The notes below the pieces were generated by a model. It saw nothing but the letters and a program-made list of their open reading frames with translations, was not told where the DNA came from and did not search any database. A program made the position numbers and the translations under genes. Source: Balanoglossus misakiensis (Eukaryota > Animalia > Hemichordata). Taken from it: a stretch of 64,000 nt of DNA. Each line of letters begins with the position of its first letter. Within the stretch, counting starts at the first letter, position 1. The stretch spans positions 1-64,000 of the forward strand of contig JBECUI020000047.1 in the NCBI GenBank assembly GCA_040954595.2, read 5' to 3'. Positions 1-9,995 of this stretch are shown one piece after another.

Positions 1-2283
1 GCCATTGGACAAAGTTGGAAGCCGTAGTTCAGCCCACCCTTACACTCACTGGCTTGGAGGCAGGAATGGAGTATTCTATTCGCATACAAGCCATCAGCAC
101 CTTTGACGCCAACATGGTCAGTGACTGGACAGAAGCAGGGCCATTTGCTGCAAATGGAATTAGGCCCTTAGAAATCCATGATACTAGTGGAGCCATCAGC
201 GAACTGACTCTTGCAATCGGAGAGACCCGGACGCTGAGTGTCCCAGAAAGCTTCTGGGTCAACGTAGAGGATACCTCCGTAAACTGGGTAAGTAGTGATA
301 ACACCACTGTAGAAGTAACAGATGGCATGGTTGAGGCAATAACAGAGGGAAGTGCCGCAATAACGGCAACATCAGGAGCAGACCCGGCCAATGCGGCATC
401 GATAACGGTGAATGTTCCAAGTTTAAGCAATTTGGTTCTGTATGATGAGGATAGCCTTACTATTCCCTATGGAGAAAGCGATCCCCTTATCCTCACACCG
501 AGTGATCTACTCTTACCAGGATTGTCTTTAACCTACACAAGTTCGGGCACTGTAGCGGGCATTACCGTGGGAACCGATGGAACCATAACTATTGATAACA
601 CAACACTAGTAGGCACGTATACCCTGGACATAACAGCAAGTGCGGATGGCTACACGAGTACGGCAAGCCATCAGATAGCCATAACGATCAGTCAGAGGGC
701 AACAGAAGAGTATATGGTCTATGCAGAAGGAGATTTTATCAGAGGAGGGGTATATGCACCAGCTACAGCTGCCCCACAGGGAGCTGGATTGGGTTATGCC
801 ATGGATCCAACTCCGACTGGATGGAGCATTGAGGCAACAACTGGGACCATCTCTATAGCTTCAGATGCACCAGCTGGGGTAGAACAAACGGTTACTGTAA
901 CGGCAAGTCCAATCAATACTAACTATGCCTCTGGCAGTGTAGAATTGACTAAGTCTGTTGTCGACCCGTTTAGTGCTGGTCCCGACTCGTCGTTCTTTAT
1001 AACACTATGGGAAACAACAGATGTAAATCAAACAGTGGAGATTCCCGTGGGAGGCAGAACAGCAAGCTATGATATAGACTGGGGCGATGGAACGGCAGAA
1101 AGACTTTCCGGCACAGCAAGCCATGTCTATACAGCTGCGGGCGAATATACGGTCAGGATAACCGATAGTTTCCAGCGAATACGGTTGCTAGATACAACAG
1201 CAGAAATAGCAGCACGCCTTAAGTCCATTGATCAGTGGGGCACAGCACAATGGATTAGTATGGGGGGGGCATTTGCCAAGGCCATCAACATGACGATGGC
1301 AGCAACCGACATTCCTGATCTCTCAGGAGTAGCCGATATGAGTTCCATGTTTTACTCGGGAGGGGTAAGTGTCTTCAATGGTGCCTTCAATGGAGATATC
1401 GATGGCTGGGACACGTCAAATGTGACCAATATGGCTAAGATGTTCTATGGGGTAACTGTCTTCAATAGAGATATCAGCAACTGGAAAACATCAAATGTAA
1501 CGGATATGAATTCCATGTTCGTTATGCATCTAGTTTCAATCAAGACTTGAGTCGCTGGGACACCGGCGAGGTAACCAATATGACTGGGATGTTCTTGGGC
1601 GCAACCGCCTTCAATGGAGATATCAGTAGCTGGGACACCGCCAAGGTAACCAATATGGGTAATATGTTCGATCAGGCACATAGTTTCAATCAAGACTTGA
1701 GTCGCTGGGACACCGCCAAGGTAACGGATATGAATTCCATGTTCTTTGAGGCACGTAGTTTCAATCAAGACTTGAGTCGCTGGGACACCGGCGAGGTAAC
1801 CGATATGACTGGGATGTTCTCTAGTGCAAGTGTCTTCAATGGAGATATCAGTAGCTGGAACACCGCCAAGGTAACCGATATGACATGGATGTTCGCTAGT
1901 GCAAGTGTCTTCAATGGAGATATCAGTAACTGGAACATCACCAAGGTAACCGATATGACTGAAATGTTCGTTGATGCAACGAGATTCGCTCAAAACCTCG
2001 GACCATGGTATATTACCTTACCGCAGACCACCATCTCGGTAGACACGCCATTAACCATTGCAGCACAGAATAGCATCCTTGCAGGACAGCTGGAAAATCC
2101 GCAGTACAGTCTGCCGACCGATGCCACGCTCGACAACGATAGTTTAGCATTACCGACGGAACGACCTTGAAAGTCAATAATGGTACTGATCCCGGCAACT
2201 ATACTATAAGCATACAAACAACAAGTGCCGATTTTAGTACACCACTCGACCCAATTGTGCAGTTTATGATAACGGTACAGTAG
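1..2283 (+). CDS. Surface lipoprotein paralogue A (5' end outside window): FN3, Big_2, PKD-like, 9 DUF285/BspA-like repeats; two 1-nt frameshifts
   Basis: ORFs 15..1550 and 1547..2170 are colinear with intact paralogues such as 40517..42991. The conserved ...MITVQ-TAG end is at 2281-2283. Frameshifts lie near 1525 and 2140 (gat-agttt vs gataagttt). Confidence 0.8.
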
Positions 2284-2292
2284 CCATTTCCG

Positions 2293-2328
2293 AACAACAG
2301 CGGGGCTTTAGTGCTCCGCTGTTATTTT
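2293..2328 (+). terminator. Intrinsic terminator hairpin
   Basis: AACAGCGGGGC-TTTAGT-GCTCCGCTGTT followed by a T-rich tail, about 10 nt after the stop codon; repeated after most paralogues. Confidence 0.7.
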
Positions 2329-2424
2329 GACTATAGTTTTACCCCCTCCACAGCCCCCCATTGTGCTAACAATAACTCCTGCGCAATCTATCTGATTTGA
2401 TTGAAACTTTCCCTTTGGCATTAT

Positions 2425-2750
2425 CTTTTTAAGGCTCTTGGGCTGATAGGGGACTCTGTCTCGGGTTACAAAGATGTGGCTGCTCTGCTTGCTTATAGCC
2501 AAAGCAGCCAAACGGACAGCTATACCACCGGGAGTTGGGTAGTTTACAAGGTACCATAACCAACAGCTACCGCTACGACAAGCAGACCCCCCCCTGACAA
2601 CATCACCCCCAAGACCTCTGGCAGCGCCGTAGTTCTGAAGCAACTCACCCCCAACCCGGTACACCTCCACCGAAACTGGCAATCCAGGCTGGACCTCCGA
2701 TAACTGGATCATCGCTGGCCCGGTACCCCCCCCCCCCCCCCCCCGGCCAG
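2425..2750 (+). pseudogene. Decayed GLUG-like protein remnant within the intergenic cassette (repeated in every cassette)
   Basis: Broken frames of this segment read ...GLIGDSVSGYKDVAALLAYSQSSQTGSYATGIVSGGGSLQGTITNSY... (ORF 26567..26779), resembling GLUG-type repeats. It is frameshifted differently in each copy. Confidence 0.4.
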
Positions 2751-3080
2751 CCCGACATCAATAACCTCCCTAGCAAGCCCCCAGGCCCCCCACTCCTGGC
2801 GGGCCCTGGGAGGCTTCCCGAAAAAGATAAATATGCCCCACCTCACCCCCCCAGACTGGCCCCCCCACTCCTGGCAAGCCCCCCCAAGCCCCCCCACTCT
2901 GGCGGGCCTTGGGGGCTGCCGCAAAAAGATAAATATGTCCCACCTCACCCCCCAGACTGGCCCCCCCCACTCCTGGCAAGCCCCCCCAAGGCCCCCCACT
3001 CTGGCGGGCCTTGGGGGCTGCCGCAAAAAGATAAATATGCCCCACCTCACCCCCCCAGACCGGACCACCCCACTCCAAAC
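2725..3080. repeat. C-rich (minus-strand G-rich) repeat block, core CCCCACTCCTGGC, with ~102-bp tandem units
   Basis: Units start at ~2821, ~2923 and ~3025 (AAAAAGATAAATATG.CCCACCTCACCCCCC...); many C4-C7 runs. Confidence 0.8.
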
Positions 3081-3174
3081 CAATAAAACAGAAAATAATC
3101 TTAAAAAACTTGGTTATTCCTCTAAAACGTAATAAGCTTTTATACAGTAGTGTCCTTATAGCTTCTTAATCAAA

Positions 3175-3257
3175 AAGTCTTGTACTTATAAGAAAAGACT
3201 TGACAAAAAGTGTCACTACGAATAGGATAGACCAAACAAAACCAAATTTTTAAGGAG
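3175..3257 (+). promoter_or_regulatory. sigma70-type promoter with overlapping palindromes, plus RBS
   Basis: TTGACA 3200-3205, 17-bp spacer, TAGGAT 3223-3228; AAGGAG 3252-3257 before ATG 3267. Inverted repeats AAGTCTT..AAGACTT (3175-3201) and TGACA-N5-TGTCA (3201-3215). Confidence 0.7.
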
Positions 3258-3266
3258 ATCCACCAT

Positions 3267-3846
3267 ATGAATTCATTTATCAACTCACTCACTCACTCAC
3301 TCACTCACTCACTCACTCACTCACTCACTCACTCACTCACTCACTCACTCACGCGTTAGGACATCATAGGAATACCCTAGCTGAAGCTAAAAAACCTCTT
3401 CTTTTTCCCCTCGCCTTTCTTCTTGTTGTATTTGCCTTGTTATTTTCTTGTGATGGTTCTGGTACCACGGCCGCTCCACAGGAAGAGGCACCACCAGCCA
3501 TTGATGTCCAAACAATCGCCAAGGATGAAACCGAGCAAGGACTCGGTTCTCTGAAGCTCACCTGGGTTGCGGTCCAGGGAAAGAATGCCGAGGGAAACTT
3601 GGTTGATAGTACCTACATGGTAGAGTATCGCCTTTCTACAGAGAGCCATTGGACAAAGTTGGAAGCCGTAGATCAGCCCACCCTTACACTCACTGGCCTG
3701 GAGGCAGGAATGGAGTATTCTATTCGCATACAAGCCATCAGCACCTTTGACGCCAACATGGTCAGTGACTGGACAGAAGCAGGGCCATTTGCTGCAAATG
3801 GAATTAGGCCTTAGAAATCCATGATACTAGTGGAGCCATCAGCGAA
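3267..3846 (+). pseudogene. Truncated SSR-class lipoprotein paralogue B (signal, lipobox LFSC, first FN3 only)
   Basis: Near-identical to the 5' ends of paralogues up to ...GCCATCAGCGAA, where it joins an IS256 end remnant. Confidence 0.8.
3283..3350 (+). repeat. (ACTC)17 simple sequence repeat, out of frame (OFF)
   Basis: 68 nt perfect tract starting 16 nt after ATG 3267; this frame reads ACG CGT TAG right after the tract. Confidence 0.95.
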
Positions 3847-3960
3847 ATGGAGTACAGAAAAGTATTTGAATATGGACTTCTTTAAAGCGATAAGGCAAGA
3901 TGTAAGTTAGGCTCTTTCAACATTGGAGATTTGAAAGTGTGCAAAATTCTTGACACTACC
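3845..3960 (+). mobile_element. IS256-family remnant (transposase 3' end plus terminal inverted repeat)
   Basis: Near-exact reverse complement of 59303..~59418; encodes KWSTEKYLNMD and ends ...AAAATTCTTGACACTACC. Confidence 0.85.
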
Positions 3961-3990
3961 TAAAACATAGGACAAAGAGGTCGGCAGACG

Positions 3991-4569
3991 ATGAAGCAAC
4001 TGTTTAGTGAGAAGATCTGGACTCAAACGAGTAAAAAATTTGTTACTCATAAAACATCATCTTTATTTTTACGTGTTGTATTGAACTCTTCTATTTTTCT
4101 TTACATCCTCTTGGCAATCCTTGCATTTTTGACTGCTTGTGAGAATGCGGGCACATTACCCATGGAAGAAGTATTGAAGATTTCCAATGTGCATGTTACC
4201 CAAGGTGGAAAAACCTATGATACGAGTATCGCAGGCTTTCGGGCGCATATTAATCAGGCAGAAGAATCTACTCCCGGAACCATTGATATTATTTTGCCGG
4301 ATAATGCCATAGTTGATCCGACTGCATACGATGAACTCGCAACTGATCTCATTACAGCAGATACCCCATTAAGTTTTACATTATATAAAAAGAACATTGC
4401 AGACTTTACTATTACGAAGGTTTCGGGAAGTACCTTTGCCGGTAACTCAGAGAAACGTGGAGTAGTGCAGTATAAGTTTATCAAAAAAGATGCACCAGAT
4501 ACATCGTGTATACAATATTACTATTACTCAGGGGCAGCCTCTTATTGTTACCGGTCTAACTATTATTGA
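3991..4569 (+). CDS. Lipoprotein C, N-terminal part (signal peptide, lipobox LTAC); probably continuous with 4490..7615
   Basis: Hydrophobic stretch ending FLTAC; RBS-like AGAGG upstream; overlaps the next ORF at an apparent frameshift ~4490-4505. Confidence 0.6.
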   Translation: MKQLFSEKIWTQTSKKFVTHKTSSLFLRVVLNSSIFLYILLAILAFLTACENAGTLPMEEVLKISNVHVTQGGKTYDTSIAGFRAHINQAEESTPGTIDIILPDNAIVDPTAYDELATDLITADTPLSFTLYKKNIADFTITKVSGSTFAGNSEKRGVVQYKFIKKDAPDTSCIQYYYYSGAASYCYRSNYY

Positions 4570-7500
4570 TGCCGATCGGCGGTATAATACAGCAGAAGGA
4601 CAGGTTATTATATCATCATATACACAACCAAAGAGCATACATGCCACCCTTCCCTTGAGTGCCGAGATCCCAAGCAGCTCTTTACAAAGATTTGCGTTAT
4701 CTTCTATGGTTTTTACCTATAATAGTAACCATCCTGTTATTGTTACTCCTACCCAAGTAAGAGACCTACGTACTGGAGTAGAGTACACTTTTTTTGATGC
4801 CATCAATAATCGATCTGTTTCCTATGTTCTACGCATAGGGTATCCCGAATTACGGGTAATAGCCGCAGAAGATTCCAGTGGAAGACTGGCAAATGTTATT
4901 CAAGAGGATCGACGGATAGAATTACCCATACCGGAGGATATGGATCCTCGTACTCCTTTTGATCTATCTACTTTACAATTTACCTATGATGGAGTATATG
5001 CCAATGCCCATCTTGCTGTTTCCATAGTTGGTCAGCTGGGAAATTCTAATAATATAGTTGATGCCAGCAATGGCGTCCCTCTTCTTTTTCGTTATTTTGG
5101 GCATGATTTTCTGGAGAGGCAGAGTGCTAGATACATGTTTATTGTAGTACGAGAGAATACCAGCCCAACAGCACCCGATAAAATCTCCAACGCACCGCTG
5201 GCAGAAATTATGGAAGAAAGAGAAGTGCTGCTGACATGGGAGACACCGTATCATGGAGGTATTCCCATTACAGGGTATGAGATCTATTACTCAGATGAAG
5301 GCACTATCCCCACCAAGGACGCAAGAGTCGATTTATCAGTCAGAGCCGACCAAGATCTTATGCCACAAGCCATATTAACTGGCTTAGACTGGCGCAAGAG
5401 TTATACATTTACAGTTGCGGCAATAAATGAAATAGGAACTGCGGAACATAGTGAAGCAACTATGCCGATAAAACTTGCTCAACCCATACCACAGGTAAAA
5501 AAGGCAAGAGTGTTGCCAAACGGCAATATAATGCTGTTCATTTCCGAGCAGGTAGTAGACAGGGGAACAGATCCAAGTGCATTTCATATATCGGGCACTG
5601 AAAATGATTTGACAGTTACGGACGTAAGTATGGTAGATGCCATGCAAATACTGTTAACGTTGGATAATGGGACCGGACAAATAGGCGAGGTAGAAATACC
5701 GCGAATATCCTACACGGGCGATACATTAGTTAGTGCTTCAACAGGAGTTATGCTGGAATCCTTTGTCGACCAGGAAGCTATTCATATACATGCCTTTGTC
5801 AGCACGTGGAACATAGCAAGTGATGGAGAAATATTTGAGTTACCTATTAGCGGCGTTAATATCGCTATTAATTGGGGCGATGGTTCTGCAATAGAAACCC
5901 TTGCGTCTGCGACAGTAGATATTCCACAAAGGCATACCTATACGGTAGCGAAGACCTACACCGTACTCGTATCATCAGCTATAACACGGATGAAACTAGG
6001 AGCGGAATATTCAAACTACTATTCACCATCCGGAAAAAAGTTACAAAGCATTGAGCAATGGGGTAGTGCACAATGGGCAAATATGGAGCAGATGTTTAGA
6101 GGATCGACCAATATGCAAGTTGAATCCTCCGATGTTCCCAATCTTGATAGAGTACGTAATATGAGAGAAATGTTTTCTCGTGTTGCAGCATTACATGGAA
6201 ATTTTAATGACTGGAATGTATCCAATGTAAGCAATATGGAAGGTTTGTTTTCTTATATTGATACGCTGGACATAGACATTAGCGATTGGGACGTATCCAA
6301 TGTAACTACTATGAAAGGTATGTTTTCCACCATTGATACGCTAAACATAGACATTAGCAACTGGGACGTATCCAATGTAACTAATATGGAACATATGTTT
6401 ATCACTACTGATGCGCAGTACATAGGCATTAGCAACTGGGACGTATCCAATGTAACAAGCATGGCAGGCATGTTTGCGTATTCACGCAATTTTAATGAAG
6501 AGATTGGTAGGTGGGACGTTGGAAATGTGCTTGATATGACATCCATGTTTCAAGATGCAAGTTCCTTTAATGGGAATATCAGTAGCTGGAATGTAAGCAA
6601 TGTAAGCAATATGAGCAGTATGTTTCAGTATGCGAGAGCTTTTAATGCTGATATTAGCAGCTGGAACGTTGAGAACGTTATATCTATGGATTCCATGTTT
6701 ACTGGTGCAGCAAGTTTTAATGCAGATATTTCTAACTGGAAAGTTTCCAATGTAGTTAGCATGTATTTTATGTTTGCAGGTGCAAGCTCATTTAGTAGAA
6801 ACTTGGAAGGTTGGGATGTTTCTCATGTAAAAAACATGGCGTACATGTTCAGTAATGCATACCTTTTTAATGGAAATATTGGCAGTTGGGATGTGGGGAA
6901 TGTAGTTGATATGCAGTACATGTTTAATCAGGCGAATTCCTTTAATGGAAATATTGCTGCATGGAATCTGAGCAAAGTAACCAATATGAAAGGTATGTTT
7001 TTAGATGCCAGCTCTTTTAATGCCGACATAGGGGGGTGGAATGTTCGTAATGTAAGCAATATGGGAGACATGTTCCAAAATGCTGTTTCTTTTAATGCCG
7101 ATATAAGCGGCTGGGATGTGCGAAACGTAGATCATGCACGCGACATGTTTACTGGAGCGAGGAGTTTCAATCAAAATCTTGGTCCTTGGTACATTGTACC
7201 GGGTACGGAACCTCTTATTGTAAATGATCTATCTCCTGTTCACCTTACCACTCAGAGTAATGTTTTTACCGAACATTTGAGCAGAACTTCTCCGTACGTA
7301 TTACCAACAGGGCTTGTCGACAATGATCTATTCATATTCAATGGTACAATTCTTTCTGTTCCATCCAGTCTGCAGTCCGATCAGTATACAGTTACTATTC
7401 AAGCAAACGGAAATACATTTGGCACATCACCCCCGGAAATAACAGTTACTATTCATGTAGCAGAGGACAGGCTAGAGGCAATAAGCGGATTAATAGATCA

Positions 7501-7615
7501 AGATGGCAGTTTATTGATTACTTTGAGTGAAGAAGCAGAAGTGCTTGGAACAGATCCCAGTGCCTTCCGTATATCAGGGTCGAAGATAACCCGACGGTTA
7601 CTGCAGTTACAGTAG
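4490..7615 (+). CDS. Lipoprotein C, central part: FN3, PKD-like, long DUF285/BspA-like repeat domain
   Basis: FN3 motif (LTWETPYHGGIPITGYEIYY), INWGDG, and repeated FNxxIxxWxVxNVxxMxxMF ending in NLGPWYI. Confidence 0.8.
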   Translation: MHQIHRVYNITITQGQPLIVTGLTIIDADRRYNTAEGQVIISSYTQPKSIHATLPLSAEIPSSSLQRFALSSMVFTYNSNHPVIVTPTQVRDLRTGVEYTFFDAINNRSVSYVLRIGYPELRVIAAEDSSGRLANVIQEDRRIELPIPEDMDPRTPFDLSTLQFTYDGVYANAHLAVSIVGQLGNSNNIVDASNGVPLLFRYFGHDFLERQSARYMFIVVRENTSPTAPDKISNAPLAEIMEEREVLLTWETPYHGGIPITGYEIYYSDEGTIPTKDARVDLSVRADQDLMPQAILTGLDWRKSYTFTVAAINEIGTAEHSEATMPIKLAQPIPQVKKARVLPNGNIMLFISEQVVDRGTDPSAFHISGTENDLTVTDVSMVDAMQILLTLDNGTGQIGEVEIPRISYTGDTLVSASTGVMLESFVDQEAIHIHAFVSTWNIASDGEIFELPISGVNIAINWGDGSAIETLASATVDIPQRHTYTVAKTYTVLVSSAITRMKLGAEYSNYYSPSGKKLQSIEQWGSAQWANMEQMFRGSTNMQVESSDVPNLDRVRNMREMFSRVAALHGNFNDWNVSNVSNMEGLFSYIDTLDIDISDWDVSNVTTMKGMFSTIDTLNIDISNWDVSNVTNMEHMFITTDAQYIGISNWDVSNVTSMAGMFAYSRNFNEEIGRWDVGNVLDMTSMFQDASSFNGNISSWNVSNVSNMSSMFQYARAFNADISSWNVENVISMDSMFTGAASFNADISNWKVSNVVSMYFMFAGASSFSRNLEGWDVSHVKNMAYMFSNAYLFNGNIGSWDVGNVVDMQYMFNQANSFNGNIAAWNLSKVTNMKGMFLDASSFNADIGGWNVRNVSNMGDMFQNAVSFNADISGWDVRNVDHARDMFTGARSFNQNLGPWYIVPGTEPLIVNDLSPVHLTTQSNVFTEHLSRTSPYVLPTGLVDNDLFIFNGTILSVPSSLQSDQYTVTIQANGNTFGTSPPEITVTIHVAEDRLEAISGLIDQDGSLLITLSEEAEVLGTDPSAFRISGSKITRRLLQLQ

Positions 7616-7620
7616 AGCCC

Positions 7621-9342
7621 ATGGATGCAACGATACTGCGACTAATAATTAGTCGGCCGATAAGAAAAGTAGAGCTTCCACTCATATCCTATACGGGAGA
7701 TACAATAGTCAGCAAGAACAATCAGACAGCACTAAAAAACATAGTAGAGCTGGAAGCCACGAGTACGGATGTATTTATAACTGACTGGTACTATTACTAC
7801 AACCGCTTGACCAGTCTTCATGCTGTAGAACTACCCATTGCTGGAAGTAACATAGAGATTAATTGGGGAGATGGCACTCCAATAGAGATAGTTACTGCCG
7901 CTACACTTAATAATCCGCAAAGCCATATATATTATGTAACAGGCAATTACACAATACGAATATCATCCGAAATAACCCAGATGCAATGTATGCCAACATA
8001 TGCGTCACTCAGCAATGTGGTACAGTGGGGAACAGCAGAATGGACCAGCATGGAAGGCATGTTTTCAGGTGCTTTTAACATGCGCATGAGTGCAACAGAT
8101 GTTCCCAACCTGAGTAAAGTAGAAAATCTATCTTATATGTTTTATAATGCCAGCAATTTTAATGCCAATATTAATGCTTGGGATGTAAGTAATGTATCGG
8201 ACATGTCTTATATGTTTTATGGTGCCCGAAGGTTTAACGGAAATATAAGTTCATGGAAGGTAGGTAATGTAACGAACATGTCCCATATGTTCCATGGTGG
8301 AGATGCTTTTAACGCAAACATAAGTTCTTGGGATGTAGGTAATGTAACGGATATGTCCCATATGTTTCGTGAAGCCAATAGCTTTAGCGGCAATATTGGG
8401 TTCTGGAATGTCAGTCAAGTAGTAGATATGTCTCATATGTTTGATAATGCCCCTAATTTTAATGAGAATCTTGCACTCTGGGATGTGCGTAATGTAAGGA
8501 ACATGTCTTCCATGTTCCAAGCTGCAGCAATCTTTAATGGAAATATTAGCGGGTGGAATGTAGGTCAGGTAGTCGACATGTCTTATATGTTCAAGAATGC
8601 CCGTGCTTTTAACAGGGATCTTAACAACTGGAACGTAGAGAATGTAAGCAATATGCAGCAGATGTTCAATTATGCCACTTCTTTTAATGGAAATATTAGT
8701 GGATGGGATGTAGGACAGGTAACCGACATGTCTTATATGTTCAAGGATGCCAGTGCTTTTAACAGGGATCTTAACAACTGGAACGTAGGGACTGTAAGCA
8801 ATATGCAACGCATGTTTGACGTTGCATTATCTTTTAATGGGGATATTGCTAATTGGAATGTGGAGAATGTAATTAATATGGAAGGCATGTTTAGTGAGGC
8901 CATGTCATTTACTACGGATATTGCTAACTGGAATGTGGGGAATGTAACTAATATGCAAAGGATGTTTAATTATGCCCTATCTTTTAATGCGGACATTAGT
9001 AGGTGGAATGTCCGGGCGGTAACGGAAGCGCGTAGGATGTTCTACCGAGCAAATTCGTTTAACCAAAACCTTGGTCCTTGGTATATTGTATTGGATACTG
9101 TTACCGTACAAGAGGAAATAGTGCTTACAGCACAGAGTAATGCATTTATGGAGCATCTCAACGCAGAGAGCCCCTATATTCTTCCGACAGATGTTGAAGA
9201 TAACAACTACTTTTCTATTGATGGCAATACTATATCGGTACTCGCAGGAACCCCCCCATCCGTGTACACTATTGTAATCCAGGCAAACACTTTGGATTAT
9301 GTTACTCCCCCGGAAGTAAGTGTTGCCATTACAGTTCAATAG
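7621..9342 (+). CDS. Lipoprotein C, C-terminal part: second PKD-like + DUF285 repeat domain; probably frameshift-fused to 4490..7615
   Basis: Second INWGDG...VQWGTAEWTSM...NLGPWYI module. Restoring one base at ~7578 gives ISGxEDNPTVTAVTVEPMDA, parallel to the earlier ISGTENDLTVTDVSMVDA. Confidence 0.8.
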   Translation: MDATILRLIISRPIRKVELPLISYTGDTIVSKNNQTALKNIVELEATSTDVFITDWYYYYNRLTSLHAVELPIAGSNIEINWGDGTPIEIVTAATLNNPQSHIYYVTGNYTIRISSEITQMQCMPTYASLSNVVQWGTAEWTSMEGMFSGAFNMRMSATDVPNLSKVENLSYMFYNASNFNANINAWDVSNVSDMSYMFYGARRFNGNISSWKVGNVTNMSHMFHGGDAFNANISSWDVGNVTDMSHMFREANSFSGNIGFWNVSQVVDMSHMFDNAPNFNENLALWDVRNVRNMSSMFQAAAIFNGNISGWNVGQVVDMSYMFKNARAFNRDLNNWNVENVSNMQQMFNYATSFNGNISGWDVGQVTDMSYMFKDASAFNRDLNNWNVGTVSNMQRMFDVALSFNGDIANWNVENVINMEGMFSEAMSFTTDIANWNVGNVTNMQRMFNYALSFNADISRWNVRAVTEARRMFYRANSFNQNLGPWYIVLDTVTVQEEIVLTAQSNAFMEHLNAESPYILPTDVEDNNYFSIDGNTISVLAGTPPSVYTIVIQANTLDYVTPPEVSVAITVQ

Positions 9343-9476
9343 TTTTCCGGAATGAGACTGCTGTGATTTTGTACCGATTTGGCAAGTATGTAGCTTTTAT
9401 ATCGCATAAAAGTGCAATTTTTTAAATTTCCACTTGCCATTTACGCATTGTGTACCATAATTTCCCCATAGATATT

Positions 9477-9921
9477 ATGTTTGCAAAACGAATAAGCGTA
9501 AAACAAGTAGAAGAAGGCAAGGATTTTGCGCCGAAATTTAACAAGCACAATCTTATTCCCGTTGTTACTACCGACTACCGTAGTGGCGAAGTATTAATGC
9601 ATGGATATATGAATCCTGATGCGTTGAAAGAAACAATTCAGAGTGGAAATGCCGTGTATTATAGTAGAAGTCGAAACGCACTGTGGCGTAAGGGAGAGAG
9701 TAGCGGGTTAAGGCAGAAGATATGCGAGATGCGTATTGATGACGATCAGGATACTTGTTGAAATTTCAGGTGGTGCAAGTTGCCACGCGGGGTATCGGAG
9801 TTGTTTTTATCGTTCGGTATGTCATAATGGTGATGGCACCGTACAGCTGGAATTAAATGTATTTTGCGTTTACCTTTGTGGAGTTTGCTGCATACACACA
9901 CAATACATCGCTAAAAAATAA
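9477..9921 (+). pseudogene. hisI: Phosphoribosyl-AMP cyclohydrolase, disrupted
   Basis: LIPVVTTDYRSGEVLMHGYMN...YYSRSRNALWRKGESSG...EMRIDDDQD, then a frameshift/small deletion at ~9755, then GGASCHAGYRSCFYR in another frame. Confidence 0.85.
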
Positions 9922-9995
9922 ATATTAGAAAATGGTGAGTATATTGGTTTTTTGCATTATACTATGTATACTCTTTTATTTTCTTGGAGGGTATT

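Noticed and set aside
29-2217. Recurrent minus-strand ORFs antisense to the lipoprotein genes ([14 protein letters not shown]..., HIGYLGGVPA...)
   Set aside because: Shadow ORFs of the repetitive plus-strand coding sequence; no RBS or independent protein features.
2709-3132. Gly/Pro-rich ORFs over the C-rich blocks (also at 32.7, 36.3, 39.8, 43.4, 46.8, 50.7 and 60.4 kb)
   Set aside because: Low-complexity translations of the repeats; frames and lengths are not conserved between copies.
3283-3350. (ACTC)n as a sequencing artefact or neutral intergenic microsatellite
   Set aside because: It occurs at the same position after RBS and ATG in seven copies with whole-unit length differences, and has a degenerate in-frame counterpart in gene M.
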